Shown one piece after another: positions 32,078 to 42,025 of a DNA stretch of 64,000 nucleotides; positions within the stretch are counted from its first letter, which is position 1; every line of letters begins with the position of its first letter. A program made the position numbers and the translations under genes. The notes below the pieces were generated by a model that had not been told where the DNA came from, did no database searches, and saw only the letters and a list, made by a program, of their open reading frames with translations. The stretch comes from Candidatus Poribacteria bacterium (GTDB lineage Bacteria; Poribacteria; WGA-4E; WGA-3G), in assembly GCA_965219695.1 (NCBI GenBank), contig CBDCOJ010000032.1, positions 259,142 to 323,141 of the forward strand, written 5' to 3'.

Positions 32078-33082
32078 ATGAAAAAATTTATTGTTATATG
32101 CTTCTTTTTTATACACATAATACTACCTGCTGCAGCTGAACGGACGTATACAGCAGATTTTCTCACATTCGGGACAGGTGCGCGTCCGTTAGGTATGGGC
32201 AACGCCTTTACTGCTATTGCTGATGAAGCGAGCACTACCTATTACAATCCTGCTGGTATTGCACAGTTGACGCATCACGAGTTTAATTTTATGCATGCCA
32301 CGCTTGCCGATCTTGCTGCGTATGATGTCGCAAGTTACATTTATCCATTTTCCCAAAAGACAACTTTCGGTATCAGTTGGTTACGTGTTGGCGTGGATGA
32401 TATACCGATTACAGGGATTCCCGTTACCAGTAGAGCTATCGGTCCTAACAACCGTCCTTATGTTCTTGGTACCTTTAGCAATACAAGTAATGCCTTTTTA
32501 CTCAGTGGGGCGCGGCATCTCACAACTTTACCGCGAGACATTTCTGTCCATCTCGGGGCCAGTCTCAAACTGATCTATATTGCTGCATATCGTAATACCA
32601 ATGCTATCGGTGGTGGAAGCGACCTCGGTATCCTTGCGAAAACGGACGAAGATAAATCAACTGCTTTTTCTTTAGGTATCGTTGCCAGTGATTTTTTTAC
32701 AACCAAACTCTATTGGAACACACCACCAGAAAACGAGGGTGAATCGCCTCACACAGAGACGCTATTGCCGCGCTTTAAAATAGGTGTCGCCTACCACCAG
32801 AAACTTGCTATTTTTAGCAGTAAACTCACCTTGGCAGCCGATGTTGATACCCGCAACGATTATGAATTTCATACCGGTGCTGAATACATTCTCTTTGACT
32901 TATTAGCACTCCGTTGTGGATTTGATGGACGAAACGGCACGTCTCGTGCGATGTACTTCACCGCAGGTGCTGGACTCCAACTCCGATTCGTTACCGGTGC
33001 TGCATTTCATGTCGACTATGCCTATCAGCGGCAACCGGATTTAGGTATCAGCAACCGTCTTTCCCTCCGCGTTAGATTTTAG
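32078..33082 (+). CDS. PorV/PorQ-family outer-membrane beta-barrel
   Basis: FLTFGTGARPLGMGNAFTAIAD..YYNPAG motif; terminal Phe; directly follows the PorU-like gene. Confidence 0.85.
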   Translation: MKKFIVICFFFIHIILPAAAERTYTADFLTFGTGARPLGMGNAFTAIADEASTTYYNPAGIAQLTHHEFNFMHATLADLAAYDVASYIYPFSQKTTFGISWLRVGVDDIPITGIPVTSRAIGPNNRPYVLGTFSNTSNAFLLSGARHLTTLPRDISVHLGASLKLIYIAAYRNTNAIGGGSDLGILAKTDEDKSTAFSLGIVASDFFTTKLYWNTPPENEGESPHTETLLPRFKIGVAYHQKLAIFSSKLTLAADVDTRNDYEFHTGAEYILFDLLALRCGFDGRNGTSRAMYFTAGAGLQLRFVTGAAFHVDYAYQRQPDLGISNRLSLRVRF

Positions 33083-33140
33083 ATGCTAATAGAATAGCAC
33101 AGAAAAAGCGTGATATTAATTGAATCATGCTATAAAAAGC

Positions 33141-33172
33141 AAGGTAGACAATCCGAAGGTTGTCTACCTTTT
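33141..33172. terminator. Bidirectional terminator
   Basis: AAGGTAGACAATC/GGTTGTCTACCTT stem between convergent genes. Confidence 0.75.
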
Positions 33173-33192
33173 CTGAGTTGGTTGTTAGGTGT

Positions 33193-33810
33193 CTACCAAG
33201 TCGTGATATCAGCTGCTTCACTAGGAACAGATGCACGTGAGGAAGCGCTATAGAATACACCTTCGAATCTTGTGCTAATACTACCGCTTGTGACGCAAAA
33301 TTCCAGCGAAGAAAGTGGATCAAACTCTTCTTCGAATGACCCATATGCATAGGCGGTATCCGAAAAAGCTTGGGTAAAAGTAGCATCTGATGGTCCGGGA
33401 TCAGAAGTCCGCTGATGGTCAGTAGAAACTAAAGTCAGTCCTTGCTGCACCCCATGGTAGAGGTATGCAGACATCCTGTACGGTCCTAAAGCGAATCCGA
33501 TGGGATTGTATCCGACTGTCGTTGAACAACTGACATAATGAGGTTCTTCGTAGTATTGAGTTGCGCCAGAACTACTCGAACTCCATAAAATCGCCTCATC
33601 ATATATGTCATAATATCCACTATTATCAAGTCCAGGACCATCAACGTCATAAATATCTTGGTCAACCCATTCATATTCAAACGGATCATCACCATCATGA
33701 TCTGTCATGCGATACTCGTTAGCATGATCACGATTATCTGAGGCTAAGGTGAATATAGTGGCCCCAATAGCGAGGATTACAATAATCAAAATTGCAAAAA
33801 AGCGTTTCAT
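33193..33810 (-). CDS. Exported acidic hypothetical protein
   Basis: Signal peptide; start overlaps the stop of the upstream gene (ATGA). Confidence 0.7.
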   Translation of the reverse strand: MKRFFAILIIVILAIGATIFTLASDNRDHANEYRMTDHDGDDPFEYEWVDQDIYDVDGPGLDNSGYYDIYDEAILWSSSSSGATQYYEEPHYVSCSTTVGYNPIGFALGPYRMSAYLYHGVQQGLTLVSTDHQRTSDPGPSDATFTQAFSDTAYAYGSFEEEFDPLSSLEFCVTSGSISTRFEGVFYSASSRASVPSEAADITTW

Positions 33811-34544
33811 TTTTTCTCCTTTTCTAAATTTAGATATGAATATGGCTCAATGCCATCATCAAAGGTATAGACATCAAATCCAGATAGGTCTGGTAATTTG
33901 CCGCGAATGAGGCGAATATTATCGTCGGGATGGCTTTTTATTCGTCCATACTGAACTTTGGACCCATCTGTATACTTTTTGTCATCGGTTTGGATATAGA
34001 CTCTACCGCGTACCGTTGGATAAACTAAGCCATTCTCCATCGTAGCCCCATCGGATTGAATGCCTTCTTCCCAGAGTTTAATACGTACTCTCGTCATCAA
34101 TTCGTAATTAGGGCTTGTGTGTGCTTCCCATGGGGGAATTGACAAACCCTCGGGTACTTTCGGATAGGGGCCAAATCCAAAGGGCGAGATAGGCGTATCT
34201 GTAACCCTTGCATTAGAAACTGCGTCTTCGGTTGGATCCGTGTCTTTGTTTTCCACAAGAATGTCGGTCTTTTCTGTTGTATCATCTGTGGAAACCGACA
34301 TATTTTCTACGGAGCCAACCGTTTGTGTCGTGCCTACCTGTTCGGTTGCTTTATCAGTGTCCCGCGCTTCTTTAGACTGTTTCCATTGCCGTATTTGTTC
34401 GGCGGTTTCAGCTGCTTGTTGTCGGTAGGACGCAAGACTGGACTGGTACCATAAATAGCACAGGTAACACAATCCCGCTAAAACGAGTAGGAATAAGATA
34501 CTTCCACCGAGTATCCATTTAAGATTACCTGTATCGCGAGACAT
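33807..34544 (-). CDS. Membrane-anchored protein with 'SPFGFG' domain (copy 1)
   Basis: N-terminal TM helix, low-complexity linker, and a C-domain shared with 40694-41905 and 44201-44962. Confidence 0.75.
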   Translation of the reverse strand: MSRDTGNLKWILGGSILFLLVLAGLCYLCYLWYQSSLASYRQQAAETAEQIRQWKQSKEARDTDKATEQVGTTQTVGSVENMSVSTDDTTEKTDILVENKDTDPTEDAVSNARVTDTPISPFGFGPYPKVPEGLSIPPWEAHTSPNYELMTRVRIKLWEEGIQSDGATMENGLVYPTVRGRVYIQTDDKKYTDGSKVQYGRIKSHPDDNIRLIRGKLPDLSGFDVYTFDDGIEPYSYLNLEKEKK

Positions 34545-34888
34545 CTATAACCTCCGAGTGTCATACGCGTAGAAGCAGCATGTGAATTGCTGTTGTGCCT
34601 ACAATTAAAGGTTTTGTTCAAGAAATGCGATTACAGCTTACGGAAAAACCTTTCAAGTGCCCGCCGCTGCGAGTGATTGTTAAAATAATCGGGACTTACA
34701 CATTATACTTCCGCATAAGCAGACTTAGTGCTTCTTGGCTCCCTGATTCCAAAAACCAGTGATGCAGTGCATCATCCTCGATTTCCTTCTCTGAAGAAAA
34801 ATTTTTACTGCCTTCATAAATAGTGACGTAAATTTGAGGAGAATTCCGACATAAAATTAATTTTAAACCATTAAGAACATATTAAATA

Positions 34889-35375
34889 GGGCTTACGCAG
34901 TTTGAGAGATTATTGAAGGATTTGAGAGTTGATGTTTCATGTAATCATCCAGTAACCCTTTTTTGAGATTGTAAATCGTTATACCAAATTTGCGGGCAAC
35001 ACGCTGCAGATAGCCCCGTACCTGAAAACAAGACGCAATATGATTTCTTTGAGCACGCAACGCACGACATTGACATTTACCAATACCGGTTACTTGTTTG
35101 ATCTCACGATGAAGTCGTTCAATCTTCCAACGCACTTGATATTCTTGGTTGTCGCATCCAAATCTGATTGAGATAAATCGTTTGTCACAATATATTCCGT
35201 GTGCCCGTTAGAGGACACTATCTGGAACAACTTTACTTGATACCCTTTTGGAACTTTTTGATGTGCACGCGTTTTCCTTGTCGTGTTTCTGTTTGGGGCG
35301 GAGATACATATCGGACTTGTTTATGCGGTTCCACGCCATCCGTATCATTCACAAGACGATTGCGTTTCAGCGAGT
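34889..35375 (-). pseudogene. IS701-family transposase remnant (5' truncated, frameshifted)
   Basis: LKRNRLV..VKLF..EYIVTND, frameshift, then RWKIERLHREIKQVTGI..CQCR..RAQRNHI; terminal GGGCTTACGCA. Confidence 0.8.
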
Positions 35376-35411
35376 ATATCCGCATAAATTAAAATGAAAG
35401 CCGATAGCCGT

Positions 35412-36587
35412 TTATGGATAAACAAACTTCCCTAATACTTTCCCACACGATGCCCCAGTCGCATTTGGCACATTACCAAAATTCCCATGCACTGCTTCGT
35501 TGGCGAGGATAGCGAAAGCAATTGCCTCTTTTGCATCACCCGAAATTCCCTTTTCCGTCACATCAACAACTGGAATAGGATCGAATGTTTCGGCAAGACT
35601 ACTCATTATGAGAGGGTTTTGCGCGCCGCCTCCGCTGACATATAATATATTCAGTGGCGATTTTGCCTCAACAAAATGCTTATAATATCGGACGATACTT
35701 TCAACTGTCAATGTGGTAAGTGTTGCAAGTCCATCGGACTCTGAAATTCCCTGCGTTTTAATCTGTTGTATGCAAGTATCAGCAAATATTGTTCCGAACA
35801 TCTCACGTCCTGTTGTTTTGGGTGGAGATAACTCAAAAAACGGATGCGTAAGCCACGTTTCTAAAAGGTTGGGGCAAACCGTTCCTTGACGTGCCAATTC
35901 TCCATTTTCATCAAACTGTTTTGCGTTATCAGTTATTTTTTGAACGCATGCGTCTAAAACCATATTGCCGGGACCTGTATCTGATGCCTGCACCGCTTCT
36001 ATACCACAACCTGCTGGTAGCACTGTCAGATTAGCAATTCCCCCGATATTCAACAGCCCAATAGTATGCGTCGAATGGTGAAATAGCAAAAAATCGGGAT
36101 AGGCGATTAACGGTGCGCCTTCTCCACCTGCTGCGACGTCTGCCACACGAAAATCAGCAATAGTTGGGATGCCTGTCTCATGTGCTATCACAGCAGGTTC
36201 GCCAATCTGTAGTGTTGCGGGGGTTGGGGCTGAAGGCATGTGGTGAATTGTTTGCCCATGTGAGCCAATCAAATCAATTTCTCTTGGTGCTATGCCTACC
36301 TTTTCCAGCACTGCCAAAGTGCTTTCCGCAAATAGCTTGCCCAATACGAAATTCATTGTGCAAATCTCATCAACTCGTGCTGTTTCAACGTTAAAAAGGT
36401 CAAAAATCCTATCTCTAATCTCAGGTTGATACGGAATTGTCTCAAACGCTATCAGGTCTATTTCCGTAGTCAGTCCTAATCCCATAATTTCAACGATGGC
36501 AACATCTACTCCATCCGCAGATGTTCCGCTCATTAATCCTATAATTTTCTTTTTTTCTTTCTGTAGCAGATCGTAAAATGGTTTCAT
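35412..36587 (-). CDS. anmK: Anhydro-N-acetylmuramic acid kinase
   Basis: GLMSGTSADGVD, GSHGQT, DFRVADVAAGGEGAPL, NIGGIAN, DTGPGN, KTTGRE, KEAIAFA. Confidence 0.95.
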   Translation of the reverse strand: MKPFYDLLQKEKKKIIGLMSGTSADGVDVAIVEIMGLGLTTEIDLIAFETIPYQPEIRDRIFDLFNVETARVDEICTMNFVLGKLFAESTLAVLEKVGIAPREIDLIGSHGQTIHHMPSAPTPATLQIGEPAVIAHETGIPTIADFRVADVAAGGEGAPLIAYPDFLLFHHSTHTIGLLNIGGIANLTVLPAGCGIEAVQASDTGPGNMVLDACVQKITDNAKQFDENGELARQGTVCPNLLETWLTHPFFELSPPKTTGREMFGTIFADTCIQQIKTQGISESDGLATLTTLTVESIVRYYKHFVEAKSPLNILYVSGGGAQNPLIMSSLAETFDPIPVVDVTEKGISGDAKEAIAFAILANEAVHGNFGNVPNATGASCGKVLGKFVYP

Positions 36588-36867
36588 GGTTTATAGTTAT
36601 CGGTTTTTAGTTAAGATGATGTATATTAACGTGAGTTCGGTATAAGCAACTTTCGGAATCGGCAGAATATGTCTCCTAAAAACTATTGTTATTTTGTATA
36701 CTAAAATAATACCGAATTTTTAGAGTCAAATATGACTGTTTTTATCATAATAAACCTGCCGATCCCGTCATAACAAAGGATCGTAGCACATTACAAAATC
36801 CTGTCATTTTCCGATTGACTCTAAAAACTCTAAAAATCTTTTTATTTTACGACTTGTGCTAGTTACG

Positions 36868-37031
36868 TGGTAGTTTTGTTGTTTTTCACAATTGTTCATA
36901 TTCTGTAGGAGCGATCTCCGAATCGCGACCCATTGTAGTCGGGAATCGGAGTTCCCTCCCGCTGAATGCCAAACGCGCATTCAGCGTTGATTCACAGATC
37001 AGGTGTAAAGTTAATTGTAAAATCCACTATA
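36868..37031. mobile_element. MITE with inverted REP pair and 34-bp hairpin insertion (36960-36993)
   Basis: GTAGGAGCGATCTCCGAATCGCGAC at 36905; right end TGTAAAGTTAATTGTAAAATCCACTATA. Confidence 0.7.
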
Positions 37032-37105
37032 AGAAATCAAAAATCTCATTTATCATGAGAGGTGCTTAGTATTGATTATGTTTCCTAATAACTGATAACC
37101 GAAAA

Positions 37106-38275
37106 CTAATACAATAGATAAGGTTCTCGTCTTGCGCGGAATTGTTCCTCGTCAATTGCCCACGTTTCAATAATTTCATCGCATGAAGTGCCTGTTAACA
37201 GTGCTTCTCGGAGCGTTGAACTGCCCGCTAATCTATCAAAATGCGTGACTCTAAATTCAAATTCATTGGGGTGTGCATCAATTAATATCCTTAACATCCA
37301 TACCGATACTTCAATCGGTGTTACCTGCTTTGGATCGGTAATATGTATTGCAACGCCGTGACACACTTCACCTTCATATTTGGAAAACTGCGGCGTAAAC
37401 ACAATTGGGCGGAAAAGCACTCCCGGAAATTCACGATCATTCAATCGAGTTGTCCACGTCTCCTTATCTATCCACGGTGCACCGATGTATTCAAAAGGTT
37501 TCGTTGTGCCGCGTCCTTCGCTCACATTCGTGCCTTCAAATAAACATGTTCCGGGATATAGCGTGGCAGCCTCAAGCGTGGGCATATTCGGTGAAGGTGG
37601 CACCCAAGGCAGTCCTGTTTCGTCGTACCACATTTCCCGATGCCACCCTTGCATCCGAGCTACCTTAAGTGGAAAGTTAAATCCCTGTTCCGCATGAAAA
37701 AGCCTCGCAACTTCACCAATTGTCATACCGTAGCGAACAGGTATCGGAAAAGGCCCCACTAAAGATGTGTAGTCAGATTCTAACATCGGTCCCTCTATGC
37801 CGGTCCCACCAATGGGATTTGGGCGATCCACAATAATGCATTCAACGCATTTACCCGACTCCATTGTCCATTCAAGTGCTTTCATCATCTCCAGCAACGT
37901 GCCAAGGTAGGTGTAATACCGCGCCCCTACATCCTGTATGTCGTAGATGATCACATCTAAAGTTTGGAGTGCTTCAGTCCATGCAAGCGGTTTTGTTCCA
38001 TATAGGCTATAGACTTGCAGTGTTTGTGCTTCTGTGTTAGTTCGCGCTTGATTTTGGTAATAGGTTGAATCTACTATCTTTACGCCATCTTGTACTGCAC
38101 CCCACAATCCATGTTCCGGTGAAAAAAGTGCTACCAAATTGAATTCTTTTAACAATTCAATTGTGTGCGTCAAGTTTTCATCAACGCCAGTGTGATTTGT
38201 TAGCAGACCGACAGATTTTCCGTCAAGCCATTCTTGTTTTTCTGTTAGTAGGTGGGTTATACCGAGTTTTATCAT
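37106..38275 (-). CDS. namZ: Exo-beta-N-acetylmuramidase NamZ (DUF1343)
   Basis: GLLTNHTG, FSPEHG, DIQDVGARYYTY, DRPNP, PPSPNMP, SEGRGTT. Confidence 0.9.
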   Translation of the reverse strand: MIKLGITHLLTEKQEWLDGKSVGLLTNHTGVDENLTHTIELLKEFNLVALFSPEHGLWGAVQDGVKIVDSTYYQNQARTNTEAQTLQVYSLYGTKPLAWTEALQTLDVIIYDIQDVGARYYTYLGTLLEMMKALEWTMESGKCVECIIVDRPNPIGGTGIEGPMLESDYTSLVGPFPIPVRYGMTIGEVARLFHAEQGFNFPLKVARMQGWHREMWYDETGLPWVPPSPNMPTLEAATLYPGTCLFEGTNVSEGRGTTKPFEYIGAPWIDKETWTTRLNDREFPGVLFRPIVFTPQFSKYEGEVCHGVAIHITDPKQVTPIEVSVWMLRILIDAHPNEFEFRVTHFDRLAGSSTLREALLTGTSCDEIIETWAIDEEQFRARREPYLLY

Positions 38276-39333
38276 CCAAAAACTATCCTGTGGAATTCAT
38301 TCCGACATTCAATGATGCCTGTGCGTTGTGCATCCGGATGAACCCGATTTGTCAGCAAGATCGCAGCTATACCTTTTTCAAGATCAATCCGTATTGAAGT
38401 GCCAGTGAAACCGGTGTGATACATTGAACCATCAGTAAGTATATGCCACCCAATACTCCGTTGTTCGGAGGCATCATGTGGTGTTTGTGGTGTCTCCAAT
38501 GCCTTTACGCTATCAGGAGATAAAAACGTGCCGCCATCTTGGAGTAACATTTGGCAAAAAGTGATGAGGTCTCTCACATTGGAAAAAAGTCCCGCATTAC
38601 CAGAAACACCACCAAGGAAATTCGCATTTTCATCGTGGACCTCCCCGACAATAACACCTTCGCGCCAGTTATGACCGCGATAATAGTGACCGTGCTGCCC
38701 TGACTTTACCATTCTGCGTTCGAAACTATTTGAATCTTCTGTTGCTGCGCAGTTATCGTGCATCTGTGACGGTGGATTGTATAAGGTGCGGTTCATGCCG
38801 AGTGGTTTGAAGATAGCGTTATGTGCTAAACTGTCTAACGCTTCTCCTGTGATGTTAGAGATAAGTTTTCCCATAAGAATATATCCTAAGCAGCTATAGT
38901 TAACCTTTTCCCCAGGCGCAGCTTCAAGTGACATGTTCCCCAAATGTTCTATTACATCTTCAGGTGAATCTGTTTCAATGTAGAGCGGTTTCCAAGCGGG
39001 TAATCCAGAGGTATGCGCGAGCAGGTGTTGACACGTAATGCGTGGTTGTTTGAATGTGGGGAGATATGTCTGTGCGGGTTCATCTAACGACAACTTGCCA
39101 GATGCAACTAACTGCATGGTAAGTGTTCCGATGACGATAGGTTTTGTCAAGGAAGCGAGATCAAACAACGTATCATGAAACATTGGCGCATGCTTCGGTG
39201 TTATGATGCGATGTCCAAATGCTGCGTGATAGATAACCTTGTCTTTTTCAAGAATTGCGACAACGGCACCAGGGAATATCTTTTCGGTGATTTTTTGTTC
39301 AATGAGTGTGGAAATTGCGTTAGCAGTCATCAC
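38272..39333 (-). CDS. Serine hydrolase, beta-lactamase class C/AmiE-like
   Basis: SLTK (SxxK), LLAHTSGL, YSC, GEVHDEN, HTGFTG. Confidence 0.9.
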   Translation of the reverse strand: MMTANAISTLIEQKITEKIFPGAVVAILEKDKVIYHAAFGHRIITPKHAPMFHDTLFDLASLTKPIVIGTLTMQLVASGKLSLDEPAQTYLPTFKQPRITCQHLLAHTSGLPAWKPLYIETDSPEDVIEHLGNMSLEAAPGEKVNYSCLGYILMGKLISNITGEALDSLAHNAIFKPLGMNRTLYNPPSQMHDNCAATEDSNSFERRMVKSGQHGHYYRGHNWREGVIVGEVHDENANFLGGVSGNAGLFSNVRDLITFCQMLLQDGGTFLSPDSVKALETPQTPHDASEQRSIGWHILTDGSMYHTGFTGTSIRIDLEKGIAAILLTNRVHPDAQRTGIIECRNEFHRIVFG

Positions 39334-39360
39334 TCACAAGTGTATCCTATTTTTCTAAAT

Positions 39361-39539
39361 GGTGTCAATAGATTTGTTGTGAGGATTGGTTACAGAATTT
39401 GTAGGAGCGATCTCCGAATAGCGACCAAAGCCATTCGTAGTCGGGAATCGGAGTTCCCACCCGCCAAATGCCATAGGCGCATTTGGCGTTGATCCCCTCG
39501 CTGGTGAAAAGTGTCCAAATAATTTTAAAATCTACCATA
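39361..39539. mobile_element. Composite REP/MITE cluster with hairpin insertion (39462-39495)
   Basis: REP at 39401, inverted REP at 39440, CGCCAAATGCCATAGGCGCATTTGGCGTTGAT, right end TCTACCATA. Confidence 0.65.
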
Positions 39540-39550
39540 TATAGCACGCG

Positions 39551-40608
39551 TTAGGGTGAAATACCACTGATGAGTGTTCGGAGATGTCGTCCGGTTTCCA
39601 CATCCCACAGCTCGACTCCACCTAATATATTGTCACTTGCGATAGTTTTTCCGTCAGGACTGAACGCTACCATTCTTCTGACAAGATTCCGCTTATTTTT
39701 AATTAGCCGCTTATTTTCTCTTGTGAGCGTTCGGGGGAGTTGTCCGGTCTTCACATCCCACAGACGAATAGCACTGTAAACATTGGCACTTGCGATAGTC
39801 TTTCCGTCCGGACTAAACGCAATGCTCCAGACATTTGTCATTTGCTCTGTGGCGAGGGTTCGGAGTGGTTCACCTGTATCCACCTCCCATAGACGCACAG
39901 TTTTGGCATTACTTCCACTTGCGATAATCCTTCCATCTGGGCTGAACGCAACGTCCCAGACGGTTGCCGTATGTCCTGTGAGAGTTTGGAGGAGTTCTCC
40001 TGTCCGTGCATCCCACAAGCGCACAGTTTTATCACGACCGCCGCTTACGATAGTCTTTTCGTCCGGACTAAACGCAATGCTCCATATTTTTTCTGTATGT
40101 CCTGTGAATGTTCGGATAATTTTTCCTGTGTCCGCATCCAACAGATAGAGTGTTTTGTCCCAACTCCTATTTATGATTGTCTTGCCATCCGGACTAAACG
40201 CAACGCTCCTTGTCCAATTCGTAGTACCTGTAAATTTTCGGAGGTTTTGCCTGTGTGTGCATCCCACAAACGAATGGTATTGTCCTTCGTGCCACTACCT
40301 ATGAGTATATTTCCATCTGGACTAAATGCAATGGTAGCGGCAGAATCTGTAAACCCTATGAATTGCACAAGTGCATCACCTGTCTGTGCATCATAGAGCC
40401 AAATGCCCTTGGTATTTGTCATCGCGAGTCGTGTGCCATCGGGAGAATACTTTATATCATTGATAGAGCCTTTCCCAGTGTGCACTTTCACGCCATCAGG
40501 GAAATCCCCTTGCTGTGGATCGTCCTGCAGATCCTTGGCAATGCTACTGTGTGTAAATGTGAGTAGTATAAACAGGACTGTCAAAATTGAAAACAATTTG
40601 TTTTTCAT
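39551..40608 (-). pseudogene. Exported WD40-repeat protein split by a 1-nt frameshift near 40246
   Basis: Two overlapping ORFs (40171-40608, 39551-40267) join in the middle of a repeat (..LWDAHTGK | LRKFTGTTNW..); intact paralog at 42026-43135. Confidence 0.75.
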
Positions 40609-40693
40609 GGGTTAGTTTTCCTTCGCGAATTAGTTAACTCGGTGCGATTAATTTTGAAACCAGGTGGGACGCAATGCTGCTTTAGGTATACCG

Positions 40694-41905
40694 TTATCGC
40701 TGACGGAATTTATTTAATTCCAGAAGCGTTTTGTTTTCGCCTTTTTCTATTGATTCATCGTCAAACCTCGGAAAACCGAGGAATTTGTAAGGGTCTATAC
40801 CCCCATCTGGATACTCATAGACTTTTATGCCATCTGGGTACACATAAACCTTTACACCTGATACCTCAATTTCATCAGGTATTATGTCTGTGCGTTCAAA
40901 CATATGGTGAATAAGGTATAAAGAGTCCCACTTTTTACCGGTACCTGGGGCACCCATTATTAGCGAGGCATACCGTCGCCCCGCAAACTCTGGATCGTCA
41001 TCTTCAGCGTTTTTCCATTGTACGTAAAGGACACCAGGAATAGTCGGATAAATGAGACCATTACTATCAAATCCAGCACCTGTCGTCTGTGTCCCCTGTT
41101 TCCATAACTTAATACGGACTCGAACTAACAACTCATGTTCTGCTGTGGCATTATCCCAAGTCTGTACCACTTCCCTAAACGGAAAATCGGCGGGAACTTT
41201 AGGGTAAGTACCGAATCCAAAAGGAGAGACATTGAATTCAATTAGTATTTTTTTTGCTTCTTTAACGTATGATTCTGCACTCTCAATTTTCCCATATTTT
41301 TTGACCAATAATTGTAGGGTACGTATTGCCTCATCATTATCTTTAAGGTATTTTGATTGTATTCGCGCTTTACTGGCGAGGGCTTGTGGAGCGCGTTTAC
41401 TCTGTGGGTTGCGGTTCGCAAAATTATCAAAGACTTGGACAGCTTGTTCAAATTTTTGTCCTTTCTCATAACTTTTTGCCAACATCAGTTGTGAGTCATG
41501 ACTCAATTCCAGATGCGGAAATTGAGTCATGATAGTCTCAAATTGGGTTTGCGCTGTGTCATAATCTTTTTGACGATAGGCGTGCATCCCGAGACGGTAG
41601 TGTGCTTCTGCAGCTTCATCGCTTGCGGGTGCTTCAGTAACGATTGCTTCATAAGTTTTTATCCCTTGTTCGGGTTGATTCATATCCTCAATGTAGAGTT
41701 CACCCATAGCAAGTTGTGCCACGCGCGCGTCAGCAGTGCAAGGTTTTGCATCAACTATGCTTTGATAAACTTCTATCGCCCCACAATAATCCTTTGCTTC
41801 AACTAATTTTTTTGCACTGCCCATTACACCACCAGATAAACAACCGATTTGCACTACTGTTATAAGAACAAAAGTAGTAAACAGACAGAAGTGGTAAAAT
41901 TTCAT
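40694..41905 (-). CDS. TPR (CpoB/BamD-like) lipoprotein fused to 'SPFGFG' domain (copy 2)
   Basis: Lipobox QIGC; AAEAHYRLG-type TPRs; C-domain nearly identical in DNA to that of 44201-44962. Confidence 0.75.
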   Translation of the reverse strand: MKFYHFCLFTTFVLITVVQIGCLSGGVMGSAKKLVEAKDYCGAIEVYQSIVDAKPCTADARVAQLAMGELYIEDMNQPEQGIKTYEAIVTEAPASDEAAEAHYRLGMHAYRQKDYDTAQTQFETIMTQFPHLELSHDSQLMLAKSYEKGQKFEQAVQVFDNFANRNPQSKRAPQALASKARIQSKYLKDNDEAIRTLQLLVKKYGKIESAESYVKEAKKILIEFNVSPFGFGTYPKVPADFPFREVVQTWDNATAEHELLVRVRIKLWKQGTQTTGAGFDSNGLIYPTIPGVLYVQWKNAEDDDPEFAGRRYASLIMGAPGTGKKWDSLYLIHHMFERTDIIPDEIEVSGVKVYVYPDGIKVYEYPDGGIDPYKFLGFPRFDDESIEKGENKTLLELNKFRQR

Positions 41906-42025
41906 GATTCTTCTCTGTACTAATATCAAATTAATGGAATTTAACTTGTTTTCGGATGGGTAGATGGGATTTCTTAATCGTATCTACGGACTGAATCAGC
42001 ACCAGTTTCGGTTAGGTGCCCAAAC

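Noticed and set aside
38272-39333. True beta-lactamase resistance gene
   Set aside because: Context with namZ/anmK and the GEVHDEN motif point to a peptidoglycan-recycling hydrolase
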